From: Pseudomonadota bacterium
GTDB taxonomy: Bacteria > Desulfobacterota > Desulfobacteria > Desulfobacterales > RPRI01
Assembly: GCA_043825875.1 (NCBI GenBank)
Contig: JBDRRF010000079.1
Coordinates: 192,001 to 256,000 of the forward strand
DNA: 64,000 bases
Direction: 5' to 3'
In this document: positions 40,072 to 50,457 of the stretch, piece by piece
Position numbering within the stretch: position 1 is the stretch's first letter
Layout of the letters: every line of letters starts with the position of its first letter
Notes under the pieces: model-generated
Database searches by the model: none
Seen by the model: only the letters and a program-made list of their open reading frames with translations
Told to the model about the DNA's origin: nothing
Program-made: the position numbers and the translations under genes

Positions 40072-40995
40072 ATGCAGCAGTTAAACGAATATATCTCAGT
40101 ATCTCCTGAACTGTTTGAGAAAATAGTAATTTCTCTTGTTGTTCTGATTGTTTTTAGCATAGGCAGAATCGTCTTGAATCTTGTTGTAAAAAGAAAATTT
40201 ACGGATGCAAGGCGGGCATACCATTATCGCCGTTTTATCTTATACACATATACCATTCTTTTGGTGCTGATTATAGGACGAATATGGGTAAAAGGAATAG
40301 ATTCAATAACGACTTTTTTAGGTTTAGCAACAGCCGGTATCGCAATAGCTATGCATGATACCATTGCGAATCTTGCCGGATGGCTTTTTATCATCTGGCG
40401 TAAACCTTTTTCCGTTGGGGATCGTATTGAAATTGGCGGTGTAGCAGGCGATGTTATTGATATCAGAATTTTTCAGTTCAGCCTGATTGAAATCGGGAAC
40501 TGGGTTGATGCTGATCAAAGCACGGGAAGAATTATTCATATCCCAAACAGTAAAGCATTAAGAGAACCTTTGGCTAATTACCAAATCGGATTTGAACATA
40601 TCTGGAATGAAATTCCTGTACTTATAACATTTGAAAGTAATTGGAAAAAGGCGAAGGAAATACTAAATAATATTGTCTTAGACAAAACCATGCACCTTTC
40701 CAAAGGCGCACAGGACCAGATACGAAACGCTGCAAAAAAGTACTTTATATTTTATGACAAGCTTACCCCTATAGTATACACATCAGTCAAAGACAGCGGT
40801 GTTTTACTGACTCTTCGTTATCTTGTTAAGCCTCGTGAAAGAAGAATAACGGAACAGCAAATATGGGAGGCGATTCTGGATGCTTTCGGAAAAGATAAAG
40901 AAATAGATCTGGCATATCCTACTACCAGGTTTTATAGTGATAATAGTGAGTGCCAAAAAGGGTTCAAGGAGTCAAGGATGCAAGGGGGCGAGTGA
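40072..40995 (+). CDS. MscS family mechanosensitive channel
   Basis: KPFSVGDRIEIG, GDVIDI, STGRIIHIPNS, LAYPT. Confidence 0.92.
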   Translation: MQQLNEYISVSPELFEKIVISLVVLIVFSIGRIVLNLVVKRKFTDARRAYHYRRFILYTYTILLVLIIGRIWVKGIDSITTFLGLATAGIAIAMHDTIANLAGWLFIIWRKPFSVGDRIEIGGVAGDVIDIRIFQFSLIEIGNWVDADQSTGRIIHIPNSKALREPLANYQIGFEHIWNEIPVLITFESNWKKAKEILNNIVLDKTMHLSKGAQDQIRNAAKKYFIFYDKLTPIVYTSVKDSGVLLTLRYLVKPRERRITEQQIWEAILDAFGKDKEIDLAYPTTRFYSDNSECQKGFKESRMQGGE

Positions 40996-41137
40996 AAGGC
41001 TTAAAATATAATGAATTAATAGTTTGGCAACAATCCTATCAGTTATGTTTTAACGTTTGTAAAATCAACAAACAACCTCTTGAACCCTTGAACCCTGGAA
41101 CCCTCGAATCCTGGAATCCTGGAATCCTGGAATCCTT
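40959..41137 (+). repeat. Paired inverted 8-bp repeat arrays enclosing a four-helix-bundle gene remnant
   Basis: 5' GGGTTCAAGGAGTCAAGGATGCAAG; 3' CTTGAACC/CTGGAATC repeated about seven times; the interior encodes YNELIVWQQSYQLC. Confidence 0.7.
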
Positions 41138-41171
41138 TGATAGATTAAAATGCTTCCGTTATAAAAAAGTA

Positions 41172-41894
41172 TCAACTAAATGCATCCCTCACATTTCGCT
41201 CAATTGTCTGAAAAAACTCTGGGCTTAATGCATATGCTAGCACCTCAAATTTCCACATGGTTTCGTCAGAGTTTTCCTTAAGATTAATTTGCGGCTCTTT
41301 TTTAATACTTGCACCTGTTGAAAGCATAATAGCATTTTTTATCAGATTTTTTGCTTCTTCTATCGAAGCTTTCTTTTTTATTTCAATATCAAACCGGTGC
41401 AAAGTTGTCTTGTCCCGTGGCTGAATCTTATAATGGATAGCAGAACTTATTTTGCTATAGGGGATTTTAACAACAGCACCATCCTCTGTTGATAAAATCA
41501 AATTCAGATAACCGGCTTCAACAATTACACCCTCAATTTCATTTAACATGATATGCTGGCCCGGCTGATAATTATCGCCCAACTTGAGCACAAAACCTGC
41601 AATAAAGTCTTTTGCCATAAACCAGCCAAGCCAGATTACTATAACGGCAGTTATGCTTATTACAGCCAAAAAATAATAATCACTGTCTTTTAATGTTATA
41701 TGAAGACCCCAAAATCCAAAAACACTCCATATCAGTATTTCAGCAATCTGGAAAAATTGTTTTGTCCGGTTCTTTTGGATCTTTACTATAATTGTTTTGT
41801 TTATAATTTTTAATGCAAAGGAAAGTAATATCCCAAGCATAATAACTATCAGTAATGATAATCCCGAAAACTCAATATTTAACAACTCATTCAT
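41172..41894 (-). CDS. MscS-domain membrane protein
   Basis: Three N-terminal TMs, DFIAG, GQHI, EGVI, KIPYSKI; ATG overlaps the upstream TGA (ATGA). Confidence 0.8.
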   Translation of the reverse strand: MNELLNIEFSGLSLLIVIMLGILLSFALKIINKTIIVKIQKNRTKQFFQIAEILIWSVFGFWGLHITLKDSDYYFLAVISITAVIVIWLGWFMAKDFIAGFVLKLGDNYQPGQHIMLNEIEGVIVEAGYLNLILSTEDGAVVKIPYSKISSAIHYKIQPRDKTTLHRFDIEIKKKASIEEAKNLIKNAIMLSTGASIKKEPQINLKENSDETMWKFEVLAYALSPEFFQTIERNVRDAFS

Positions 41895-44800
41895 AAGAGA
41901 TCCATTTCTTCTAAACAATTAGTAATTAAAGGTTGAATATAAGGACTAATTTGCATGATCCCCGGACGAATTTCCTTTATAATCCCGCTTCTCTTAAGGG
42001 ATTGAACCACGAGATCTGTTTTTTCTTCGTCACCGCCAAGAAGCTGTTTAAGTCGAATATCACTAAGATGTTTGTGCAGCATAAATTGCTGAAGAGTAAT
42101 CAGCCAGTCCATCTTCATTTTTTTAAGAGCCTGATTGTTTGCAGCAATTGGAATTCTGATATCTATGGTAAGCGGATTTACCTTCACAATATTACTGATC
42201 CAGTAATGTATGGCCTGACCGATATTGCCGTTTGAGATTCCAAAATATTTATTAAATAACCCGGCAAGACGGAAATTCGAAATTAAATCTTCATTTAGCT
42301 TGCCCAGTTGAAATTTTAAACCTGTGGAACGATGTCTGAGCAGTATTGCCTCTTGCAGCTCTTCAGAATCAAAGGGTTGGCATTCTATAGCGCTGATAAA
42401 AGCATTTTCAATCGGTTTTAGCCTGTTGATAAATTTAAAACTGCGCGTTCCTGCATTTACAATAAAAAAGCATCTATCACTATATTTGTATATCAGATCA
42501 ATAATTTCTTCTATTACGGCAAAGCCTTTATTGCTGCGCTGCCACCAAAGTTCCATATCATGAAATATAATCGTGCTGTTTTGTTCAAGATTATTGAACA
42601 CCTTTTTATAATCCCCGTTTTGCTTCAGTATATCCGTTAAGCGATTTTTAAATTCATTTGGATCTATACTTCCGCCATCAGGTGGAAATACATGAAAAAT
42701 ATTTTTACGATCGAAATACTTGTTTGTTATGGAACGGCATAAGGTAGATTTGCCGGAGTGGCGATCTCCTATAACAAGCAGTGCTCCATTGTATCCCTGA
42801 CGATATGAATCGATAGCTTTTTTTGCACAATCCATTTCATATTTTCTATCAATTATAAATTCTTTGCCGATTATCTGGTTGCCTAAAAATAATTGTTTGT
42901 AATAAAAAGGCAGTATACGGTTTATTTCATTATCCGGTGTCAGCAGTTTTACCATTTCAAGAAGGTGGCCTGTTTCGGTCTGATAAGTTGCGGAAACTCT
43001 GCTTATTTTTTTTGCAAACAAAATCCCTTCGCTTTTTTGATAGATAAGCCTGACCACAAGATTTTTGCTCTGTGTTTTCAACCATTCGGATATTTTTACT
43101 GCTTGTGTAAATATTTTACGGCCTTCTCTTGTGCGGATAGTTTGCTTTAATTCTCCGGCAGTTTTTGATATTAGATAAGGACTCATTTTTTCAAATGTTG
43201 CGCCAAGCAGGCGTTTAAATTCTGCCTGGAGATTTTGCTGAAGTTTTTCAATATTGTTATTTTCAGCGCTTATCCTGTCAAGGCCGCTTTTTACAATAAC
43301 TGACAAATCGGGAACTTCCTTTTCATTGGAATCGGCATTGTTGGCATCAGATAAAAGCGAGAGATTATGATTTGTAAATCTGACAACATCCTGAGCGATA
43401 TCGTTTGTTTTTTTAAGACTTGTGGAAAGCTCGGATATATGCTGCCGTAGCGGATCAATAAGTTCCGTTTCGATCAGGAAACCGGCATAACGAAGTAAAT
43501 TGATATTTAACATTAAAATATCACAGAACTGCTCCTGCTCAATTTTTTCACATGATTCTTCCGTCATAAGTTCAATGGTATCAGGCAATTCTTCTTCCGC
43601 TGCCTGTATATCTTTAACCAGTTCATTAAATAATGAGTCCGGATTAATTATTCCCTGTAAAAAAACAGGCCAGCTTATATCCTCTTTTTCCTCTGAATTA
43701 ATCGATTTCAAGTCAGTCTCTAATTTATCGAGTCTGCTTGAAAAATTATTTCCTATGCTTAATTGTATTCCATTGATGAATCGATCAAGAATAGTATTTA
43801 TGCGGTTTTGAAAATTTTTAATGGTTAAATCTTCAATCAATGAATTCACGATTAATCTTTGATGATTAAACCATGTATCGGGAATTTCCTGTAATTGTAT
43901 ATCAGATAACTGTTTTTTATTAAGTTGTTTATTTTTCTTTTTTATGATGCGGTTTACATTAGCACTTTCCAGATCAATAGACATCATCTGCATAATCTGG
44001 TAAAGGTTTTGTCGCAGCTCATCCGATGAGTTCTGGTAGTCTTTCTGACAATTATCCAGAACCGATTGTAATTTCTCTTTTATTTTTATTATTTCCTGAT
44101 CATATATTGTTTCATCTATACTATCTTTTTCAAGTTCCAGCCCAATAGCATTAAGACTGTCTGATACGAAAATAAATAATTTTTGCAAATCCGATATCAG
44201 GTTGTAGTTTTGCAACCCAAAATCCTGTAGATGCTTATAAACTACATCCTGCTCAATTTGTTTTATTAAGGTATTAGCAAATAAACGCATCCGGATTTTA
44301 CGGCGGATTGCCATATCACCACTTTTTAACTTAACTTTTTCCCAAATTGAAGTCCTGTTTGCAATTTCATCTGTTTGGGCAGACTCAATAAATATGTTTA
44401 ATTCGGATGGGCTATCGTTATGTATTTTCTGTAATTCCACAAGGAGCGCCTGAAGACCTGCTGACAAACTGTCTTTTTGTTCTAGCAGTGTAGTATCCTG
44501 AAAACTCTGAACAATCCGGTTTGAGTTAAAGAGATAGTTACTGAAAGCATGCGCCAAAGCGTTTTTGATAGCTTGCACTTCAAAATGGTTTTTATCGGGA
44601 AAAGCTTCTTTAAGCTGATTGATGTTTCTTTCAACCAGCTTTTCGATTTCTTTTAACAATAAAAGATTTTCTGCATGAATGATCTTTACTGAACCGTTTT
44701 GATACCTGGCAAATGCTTCTTCTGTTTTTGCATGAATATCAGCCATACTGTCTGCAAGCACTTTATGCTTAGGCAAAACCAGCGAGGGCGGAATATAATC

Positions 44801-47023
44801 GTAACCAATATAATTGTCTGGCATAATTCTGGTTTGTTTAATTGCATTCGCCCTTTCAAGCCCGGTATGAATAGATTTAAAAAAGGAGGATGCTTGAATC
44901 AGCAGGACTGTACCCAATGTTTTAAGGATGTTATCCGTATCTGATATGTACTGGGCAACATTTTCCTTTTCGACATCTGTTAATCCAAGTATTACAAGAT
45001 CCGAATCCTGAGACTCTTTGGCAATAATTTCATTAACGGAACTCCGATCGATATTGTTGTTGATTATTTTTATACCGGCTTCAATTCTGTATTCTTCAAT
45101 TACATTGTTTATGTTTCTATATATTATATCGTTTAATGAAGAATCTTCATTTATAATTAAAATCCTGGCATTTGTGTCTTCCCATTCTTCGGTCATTTTC
45201 AAAAACTTTATCAATGTCAGCCCTAAAGACACCGAATTGCTGCCGCCGCCCCACCAGAGATCTATTGTTTTATGGGAACCAAATCCCTTTTCAAAATGGT
45301 AGTCGAGCAGAAAAATATTATAATCAAGCTTTTTGAAACTTTTAATTACCTGGGCAAATTTTTCGGGCTGCTTGCTGGTTCGTGCCCATCCGAGCATAAC
45401 CGAATTAGGTTCAATACCGGCAAAACCATATACTTTCGTTATGGTTTCCATTCCTTCATAAATATCGTTTACTTCCATGTGCCTTGTAAATATACCGGTA
45501 AATTCGGATTCTTTTTCATCTGATGCCTGCTGGACTTTAGGGGCAATATTTTCAGTTTTCTTGTTTTCTATTAAATTAAAATTGGAAATAATTCCTCTCT
45601 TATGAACAAGCCAGCGCCCAAATTCCAGCAAATGGGGGCGCGCTACCGTTCCACCGCTGAAAAGTATTATATTGGGACGCCAGTTTCTCTGCTGTTTTAC
45701 AGTACGATCAAGATGGTTGAGTCCGTATCTTAAAATAGATGACCAGACACCTTCCCAAGTATCACCTGAATCCAGTGTCAGTTCTTTTTTCTTAAGAAAA
45801 AGAAATATGGAACTCATAATAATAACCGCACCTATCAGAGCTATAAAATCCAGTTCAAGCATTAAGATAAAACATACTACTGCCCCGATAATGCTCACCC
45901 ACCCAGGAATTTTAAAAGAAGGCATAAAATCTGTGCTGGCCCATTTTTCTATGGCACAGCTTAAATTTAAAAAGCCGTATGTGGTGATAAAAAACATTGA
46001 CACTACTCTTGCTATCAGATTCAACTCACCTATGAGAATGCCTGCTTCCGCTATTATAAAAGACAGTATAAGAGCATTTCGCGGGTCATTTGTCTTACCG
46101 TAACCTTTGGCAAAAATACGAGGTGTAATTCCGTCTGATGATGTTGCCTGCAGAATACGGGGCGCTCCTAATATACTGCCTATAGCAGAAGATAATGTTG
46201 CTCCCCAAATGCCAGCTACAAGCAAAGGTGAATAAAATGATATTTCAAGTAAAATATTCGGATTGTTCACCAACTGGTCGGAATTAATCCGGAAAGAAAA
46301 AAATGCGGCAAGACCAATGTAAACTAACAATCCCAAGGCGATTGCGCTTATTGTTCCAATGGGAATGGATTTTTTTGGATCTTTAAGGTCTCCGGACATT
46401 GATACCCCGGCCTCAAAACCTGTTACAGCCGGGAAATAGATAGCAAACAGCATGATAAGTGGAACAGAAGTTGTCACTGGATCAATAAGCGGTTTTACCG
46501 GTGCAAAATCGCCTTTTCCGAAAAGGATAGTAAGAAGGGACAAGACAATCGTAGTCATAATAATATATTGTGTTTTTATTGCCAGAGAAGTACTGATAAT
46601 AACCAAAGTGCCTACAAGGATAATAGCTATAGTTCCGGTCAACCGGATTGTATCTTTAGTAATCGGTAGCCCCCAAAAGCCCAAAAAACTTTCGGAAAAG
46701 CCTATTAAATATAAACTAATACTTAATGACATGCCAAAAAACAGAGCAATACCAAGCGTTCCGCCAATAGATAAGCCCATACTGCGGGAAATTATATAGT
46801 AGGTTCCGCCCGCCTTTACTTTTTTATCGGTTGCTATGGATGAAACACTAAGACCTGTGCAAACTGAAACAATATGTGCCACCAATATAATACCAAGTGT
46901 AAGAACAAATCCGGCCTGTCCTACTATCCAGGGCAGGCGCATATACATAATAACGCCAAGAATAGTTAAAATTGAAGGCGTAAATACTCCGCCGAAAGTT
47001 CCGAGTTTTTTATCCTGTGCCAT
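41891..47023 (-). CDS. Cation-chloride cotransporter (SLC12-like APC permease) fused to a long helical region and a P-loop NTPase domain
   Basis: LGTFGGVFTPSILTILGVIMYMR, FPAVTGFEAGVSMSGDLKDP, NWRPNI; Walker A GDRHSGKST near the C-terminus. Confidence 0.9.
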   Translation of the reverse strand: MAQDKKLGTFGGVFTPSILTILGVIMYMRLPWIVGQAGFVLTLGIILVAHIVSVCTGLSVSSIATDKKVKAGGTYYIISRSMGLSIGGTLGIALFFGMSLSISLYLIGFSESFLGFWGLPITKDTIRLTGTIAIILVGTLVIISTSLAIKTQYIIMTTIVLSLLTILFGKGDFAPVKPLIDPVTTSVPLIMLFAIYFPAVTGFEAGVSMSGDLKDPKKSIPIGTISAIALGLLVYIGLAAFFSFRINSDQLVNNPNILLEISFYSPLLVAGIWGATLSSAIGSILGAPRILQATSSDGITPRIFAKGYGKTNDPRNALILSFIIAEAGILIGELNLIARVVSMFFITTYGFLNLSCAIEKWASTDFMPSFKIPGWVSIIGAVVCFILMLELDFIALIGAVIIMSSIFLFLKKKELTLDSGDTWEGVWSSILRYGLNHLDRTVKQQRNWRPNIILFSGGTVARPHLLEFGRWLVHKRGIISNFNLIENKKTENIAPKVQQASDEKESEFTGIFTRHMEVNDIYEGMETITKVYGFAGIEPNSVMLGWARTSKQPEKFAQVIKSFKKLDYNIFLLDYHFEKGFGSHKTIDLWWGGGSNSVSLGLTLIKFLKMTEEWEDTNARILIINEDSSLNDIIYRNINNVIEEYRIEAGIKIINNNIDRSSVNEIIAKESQDSDLVILGLTDVEKENVAQYISDTDNILKTLGTVLLIQASSFFKSIHTGLERANAIKQTRIMPDNYIGYDYIPPSLVLPKHKVLADSMADIHAKTEEAFARYQNGSVKIIHAENLLLLKEIEKLVERNINQLKEAFPDKNHFEVQAIKNALAHAFSNYLFNSNRIVQSFQDTTLLEQKDSLSAGLQALLVELQKIHNDSPSELNIFIESAQTDEIANRTSIWEKVKLKSGDMAIRRKIRMRLFANTLIKQIEQDVVYKHLQDFGLQNYNLISDLQKLFIFVSDSLNAIGLELEKDSIDETIYDQEIIKIKEKLQSVLDNCQKDYQNSSDELRQNLYQIMQMMSIDLESANVNRIIKKKNKQLNKKQLSDIQLQEIPDTWFNHQRLIVNSLIEDLTIKNFQNRINTILDRFINGIQLSIGNNFSSRLDKLETDLKSINSEEKEDISWPVFLQGIINPDSLFNELVKDIQAAEEELPDTIELMTEESCEKIEQEQFCDILMLNINLLRYAGFLIETELIDPLRQHISELSTSLKKTNDIAQDVVRFTNHNLSLLSDANNADSNEKEVPDLSVIVKSGLDRISAENNNIEKLQQNLQAEFKRLLGATFEKMSPYLISKTAGELKQTIRTREGRKIFTQAVKISEWLKTQSKNLVVRLIYQKSEGILFAKKISRVSATYQTETGHLLEMVKLLTPDNEINRILPFYYKQLFLGNQIIGKEFIIDRKYEMDCAKKAIDSYRQGYNGALLVIGDRHSGKSTLCRSITNKYFDRKNIFHVFPPDGGSIDPNEFKNRLTDILKQNGDYKKVFNNLEQNSTIIFHDMELWWQRSNKGFAVIEEIIDLIYKYSDRCFFIVNAGTRSFKFINRLKPIENAFISAIECQPFDSEELQEAILLRHRSTGLKFQLGKLNEDLISNFRLAGLFNKYFGISNGNIGQAIHYWISNIVKVNPLTIDIRIPIAANNQALKKMKMDWLITLQQFMLHKHLSDIRLKQLLGGDEEKTDLVVQSLKRSGIIKEIRPGIMQISPYIQPLITNCLEEMDLL

Positions 47024-47144
47024 ACTTTACTTACTCATTTCTGATAATTTTTTGGTTAATTATATGGGAAACATAACATACTTTAAATAATTTCACTATC
47101 ATGTCAAACAACTATTAAGACATTATGGATCATAATATCTACGG

Positions 47145-48182
47145 TTATTTTTTTGACCTGAAAATTATCCATACAGCTAAGCTCATAACCAGCAAAGCAA
47201 TTACATTTAATGTATATGTAAAAAACATATTCCCTGAAAAATAAGGCCAGACCCGTTCTATGGCATATTTTTCTATCTTGTCTTCAATATCAACTGATGC
47301 ATCCACAGGAAGAATCCACTCTGACTCATCATCCTTGTTAATAGTGATTACAATGGCATGATTAAATTGCTTATGTTTATTCTCATGCAGATGTGCTCCG
47401 CCGCCGCCGGTTATGATAAAATTCGTTTGCCCGGTATTTATTCGCGCATACCCGTGGTAGTCACCCGCCAATACATAATCAATTCTCTTTTTTTTAAAAA
47501 GTGAGATCAATTCGTCACTTTTATCAAAAATTTTAGCAGAAAAGACGCTGCTAACCGGAGGAGGGATATGCATAAAAACAAATCGTTTCTTAAATTTTAA
47601 AATATATTCTTCCGGCATTTTATTAAGAAAATCTATACTTTCATGACTGGGATAGGTTCCTCCAAGAATGCGAAGAAAAATAAAAAGACAGTGCTGGTAT
47701 TCAAAGCTAAAAATACTGGGCCCGTAGTCATGCTCAAAACGCGTAATCGGAAAGCTTTTCTCACTAACATCGTGATTTCCCGGCACGTAAAAAACGGGAA
47801 AAGGCATAGCAAACTCATCCGTACATTCCGCCCGGAAATACCGGTGATCATCTTCTGTTGGATTGTCAGCACAGTCACCCAGTAAAACTGCAAAATCTAT
47901 CGGAAGTACCCGCAGCTTTTCCGCCAACCGTTCAAAGGTACCAACACTTCTTGTATCTCCTATCACCGCAAATGAAAAAGACTTTTTGTCAGGCTGCTTT
48001 TCCAAACTCTCCCGATTTTTGATAAAATTGCCAAAGTTGGAAGGAAGCGGTTCATCTGAACCTTGCCGGGCAGATATGACATAGAGTTCAAAAGCAAAAA
48101 ATACTGCAATTATAAAAAAAGTTACCATTGCAACAATACTTAAAACACCCAATTTTTTTCGTGCTTGTTTTTTATTTTTCAT
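47145..48182 (-). CDS. Membrane-anchored metallophosphoesterase
   Basis: GDTR, LGD, PGNHD, HIPP, GDYHG; N- and C-terminal TMs. Confidence 0.85.
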   Translation of the reverse strand: MKNKKQARKKLGVLSIVAMVTFFIIAVFFAFELYVISARQGSDEPLPSNFGNFIKNRESLEKQPDKKSFSFAVIGDTRSVGTFERLAEKLRVLPIDFAVLLGDCADNPTEDDHRYFRAECTDEFAMPFPVFYVPGNHDVSEKSFPITRFEHDYGPSIFSFEYQHCLFIFLRILGGTYPSHESIDFLNKMPEEYILKFKKRFVFMHIPPPVSSVFSAKIFDKSDELISLFKKKRIDYVLAGDYHGYARINTGQTNFIITGGGGAHLHENKHKQFNHAIVITINKDDESEWILPVDASVDIEDKIEKYAIERVWPYFSGNMFFTYTLNVIALLVMSLAVWIIFRSKK

Positions 48183-48313
48183 GTTTTTAATTATGCCTCG
48201 TATCGATTATATATCCATTTCACAATTATCATCTATTATAAAAACAAACATTATGAAGATTCAATGAATATACTTTTTTATACAAATAACAGGCTCTCTC
48301 CAAAGCATAGCAT

Positions 48314-48532
48314 TTACATTTTATCATTATGGCATTTCAGGCATCCCGTAAATTTAGGATGAGGACTTGCCGGAGCTTCATCGGCATTATCAGGATGATG
48401 GCAGGACAAACATTGGCTGTCAGAAATTACACCATCGTGGATATCAGGAAAATTTTGAATGGATTTTCCATGTATTCCCATATATGCACATCCGGTAATA
48501 AGAAGAATAAATATGAGACATATTTTTTTCAT
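48314..48532 (-). CDS. Small diheme c-type cytochrome lipoprotein
   Basis: Lipobox ITGC; two CxxCH motifs (CLSCH, CLKCH). Confidence 0.8.
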   Translation of the reverse strand: MKKICLIFILLITGCAYMGIHGKSIQNFPDIHDGVISDSQCLSCHHPDNADEAPASPHPKFTGCLKCHNDKM

Positions 48533-48581
48533 TATGTTGTCCTTTAAAAATAAAATTATCCGCCGCTATAAATCAGCTTTT

Positions 48582-49247
48582 TTAATCACTTAATTCACCG
48601 TCTTTTAGTTCAAAAACCCGATCTGCCATTGATAATAATTCAGGATCATGCGTAGAAAATACTACAGTGCTTTTCTGCATCCGGCTAAGCTCCCGTATAA
48701 GGGACAACACATATTTGCCTGTAGCCGTATCAAGGCTTGCAGTCGGTTCATCTGCAAACAGTATTTCAGGTTTATGGGAAAGTGCTCTTGCCACAGCAAC
48801 CCTTAAGGTCTCTCCACCGGAAAGCTCAGACGGCAAAGCATTTTGTGCATCTTGCATCCCTATAATCGATAACAGTTCCGAAACTCTTGATTTTATCCTG
48901 GCAGATGTTTCGTTATTTAAATGAAGGGGAAAAGAGATATTTTCAGATACGGTTAGATAAGAAAGAAGATTTCCCTGCTGAAAGACAAATCCGGTTTTTG
49001 TTCGTAATAATTTTGACAACTGCTTAGCGCTTAATGTTTTTAAATCAATGCCGGAACATACGACTTTACCGCTGTCAGGGCTTTCCAGACCGCAACAACA
49101 ATTTAAAAGAGTGGTTTTGCCTGATCCTGATTTTCCCTTTAATGCGATAATCTCACCTTTTTCAACATTAAGGCTGATATCTTTTAACACATTAACCTGC
49201 CTTCTTCCTGAATCAAATGCTTTAGATATATTATACACATTTAACAT
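48582..49247 (-). CDS. ABC transporter ATP-binding protein (LolD/MacB-like)
   Basis: GKSGSGKT, LSGGE, ADEPT, THD. Confidence 0.92.
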   Translation of the reverse strand: MLNVYNISKAFDSGRRQVNVLKDISLNVEKGEIIALKGKSGSGKTTLLNCCCGLESPDSGKVVCSGIDLKTLSAKQLSKLLRTKTGFVFQQGNLLSYLTVSENISFPLHLNNETSARIKSRVSELLSIIGMQDAQNALPSELSGGETLRVAVARALSHKPEILFADEPTASLDTATGKYVLSLIRELSRMQKSTVVFSTHDPELLSMADRVFELKDGELSD

Positions 49248-49257
49248 TAATTTGGCC

Positions 49258-50457
49258 TCAACGGTTTCTTAATATTTTTGCCGCATTACTTTTCATGACA
49301 ATAATCATAGGCCATAGTGCTGCAAGTAAGCTGAAAACAAATGCCAGTACAGGAGGCACCAAAAGAGAATTGACAGTAAGCCTTGGATAGATGATTCCGG
49401 ATATCACAAAATACTTGTTATGCGAAGTCATCTGAGTAAGATCGATACCTGATCCGGCAAACCATCCGCACAAAATGGCTCCGGCAACTACTCCGGCAAG
49501 GGCTGCAAAAATGTTTAATATTATAACTTTGGACATAATAAAAAAAGCCATAAGGCCCGGAGAAAGACCCATTGTTTTTAAAATTCCGTATTCACGCAGA
49601 TTCTTAAGGATAAATATTACAAATGCACATGCCACACCCACAGCAACGATGAAAAATACAATAATAGTAACTATATCCATGCATACCTGATTTAAATCCG
49701 TAAGCTGTTTTAGATCCGGCATCAAATCATACCATGCATGAAAAGCTCCTTTGCCCTCACTGATCTTTTCATATTCGGTAATTATTTTTTCAGGATTTTC
49801 ACCATCATTCAGAAAAACAGCCGCATTCCAGATTACTACATCTTTTGGAATATCTTTTATATTGCAAAATACGATTTCATCATCAAAGCCCCCTATTCCG
49901 GTTTCATAAATTCCCGAAACCGTAAATTCAATCGGAGCTGAGTCAATACTTTTCTGAAAATACAGGTGGTCATTGATATCTGCTTCAAGCTTTTTTGCAA
50001 GAAATTGTCCTATATAAATTTCTTTTTCAACACCACTTAAATATTTACCTTTGATTGTTTTTTTAGAAAGTCCCGTTGCTATTATTTCTTTCTTATAGTC
50101 AACACCGGTTAAAAGTATGGTTTCTATCCGATCTTTATTTTTAAATATTGCCGGGCATATTTTTCTTTCCAGAACATGCCTTACTCCTCTGATCTCAAGA
50201 GATTGAGGACGAATACTGCCAGGAAGATTCATTCCCTGGATATGTCCTGAATAAAGCCCTGTCGAATTTCTGATCATGGCATCATTTGTTCCTGTTGCAA
50301 GAGCGGATAAGAAGACAAGAGTAGCAACAGAGATAAAAATCATAAATGCGAGAACAAAAGTGGCTCTCCATGAACGCGCAAGAAATTTCAAAGCAGTTTT
50401 TAGTATGAAAAAAAAGGTTCGCATCATGTTAATCCGTATATCACGATTCTTTAACAA
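49258..50457 (-). CDS. ABC transporter permease (LolC/E, FtsX-like)
   Basis: 4-TM topology with large periplasmic domain, REYGILKTMG. Confidence 0.88.
   Translation of the reverse strand: MLKNRDIRINMMRTFFFILKTALKFLARSWRATFVLAFMIFISVATLVFLSALATGTNDAMIRNSTGLYSGHIQGMNLPGSIRPQSLEIRGVRHVLERKICPAIFKNKDRIETILLTGVDYKKEIIATGLSKKTIKGKYLSGVEKEIYIGQFLAKKLEADINDHLYFQKSIDSAPIEFTVSGIYETGIGGFDDEIVFCNIKDIPKDVVIWNAAVFLNDGENPEKIITEYEKISEGKGAFHAWYDLMPDLKQLTDLNQVCMDIVTIIVFFIVAVGVACAFVIFILKNLREYGILKTMGLSPGLMAFFIMSKVIILNIFAALAGVVAGAILCGWFAGSGIDLTQMTSHNKYFVISGIIYPRLTVNSLLVPPVLAFVFSLLAALWPMIIVMKSNAAKILRNR

Noticed and set aside
40950..41228. Avd of a diversity-generating retroelement, or a real 92-aa CDS
   Set aside because: Only a short stub embedded in repeats; no reverse transcriptase or TR/VR pair was seen.
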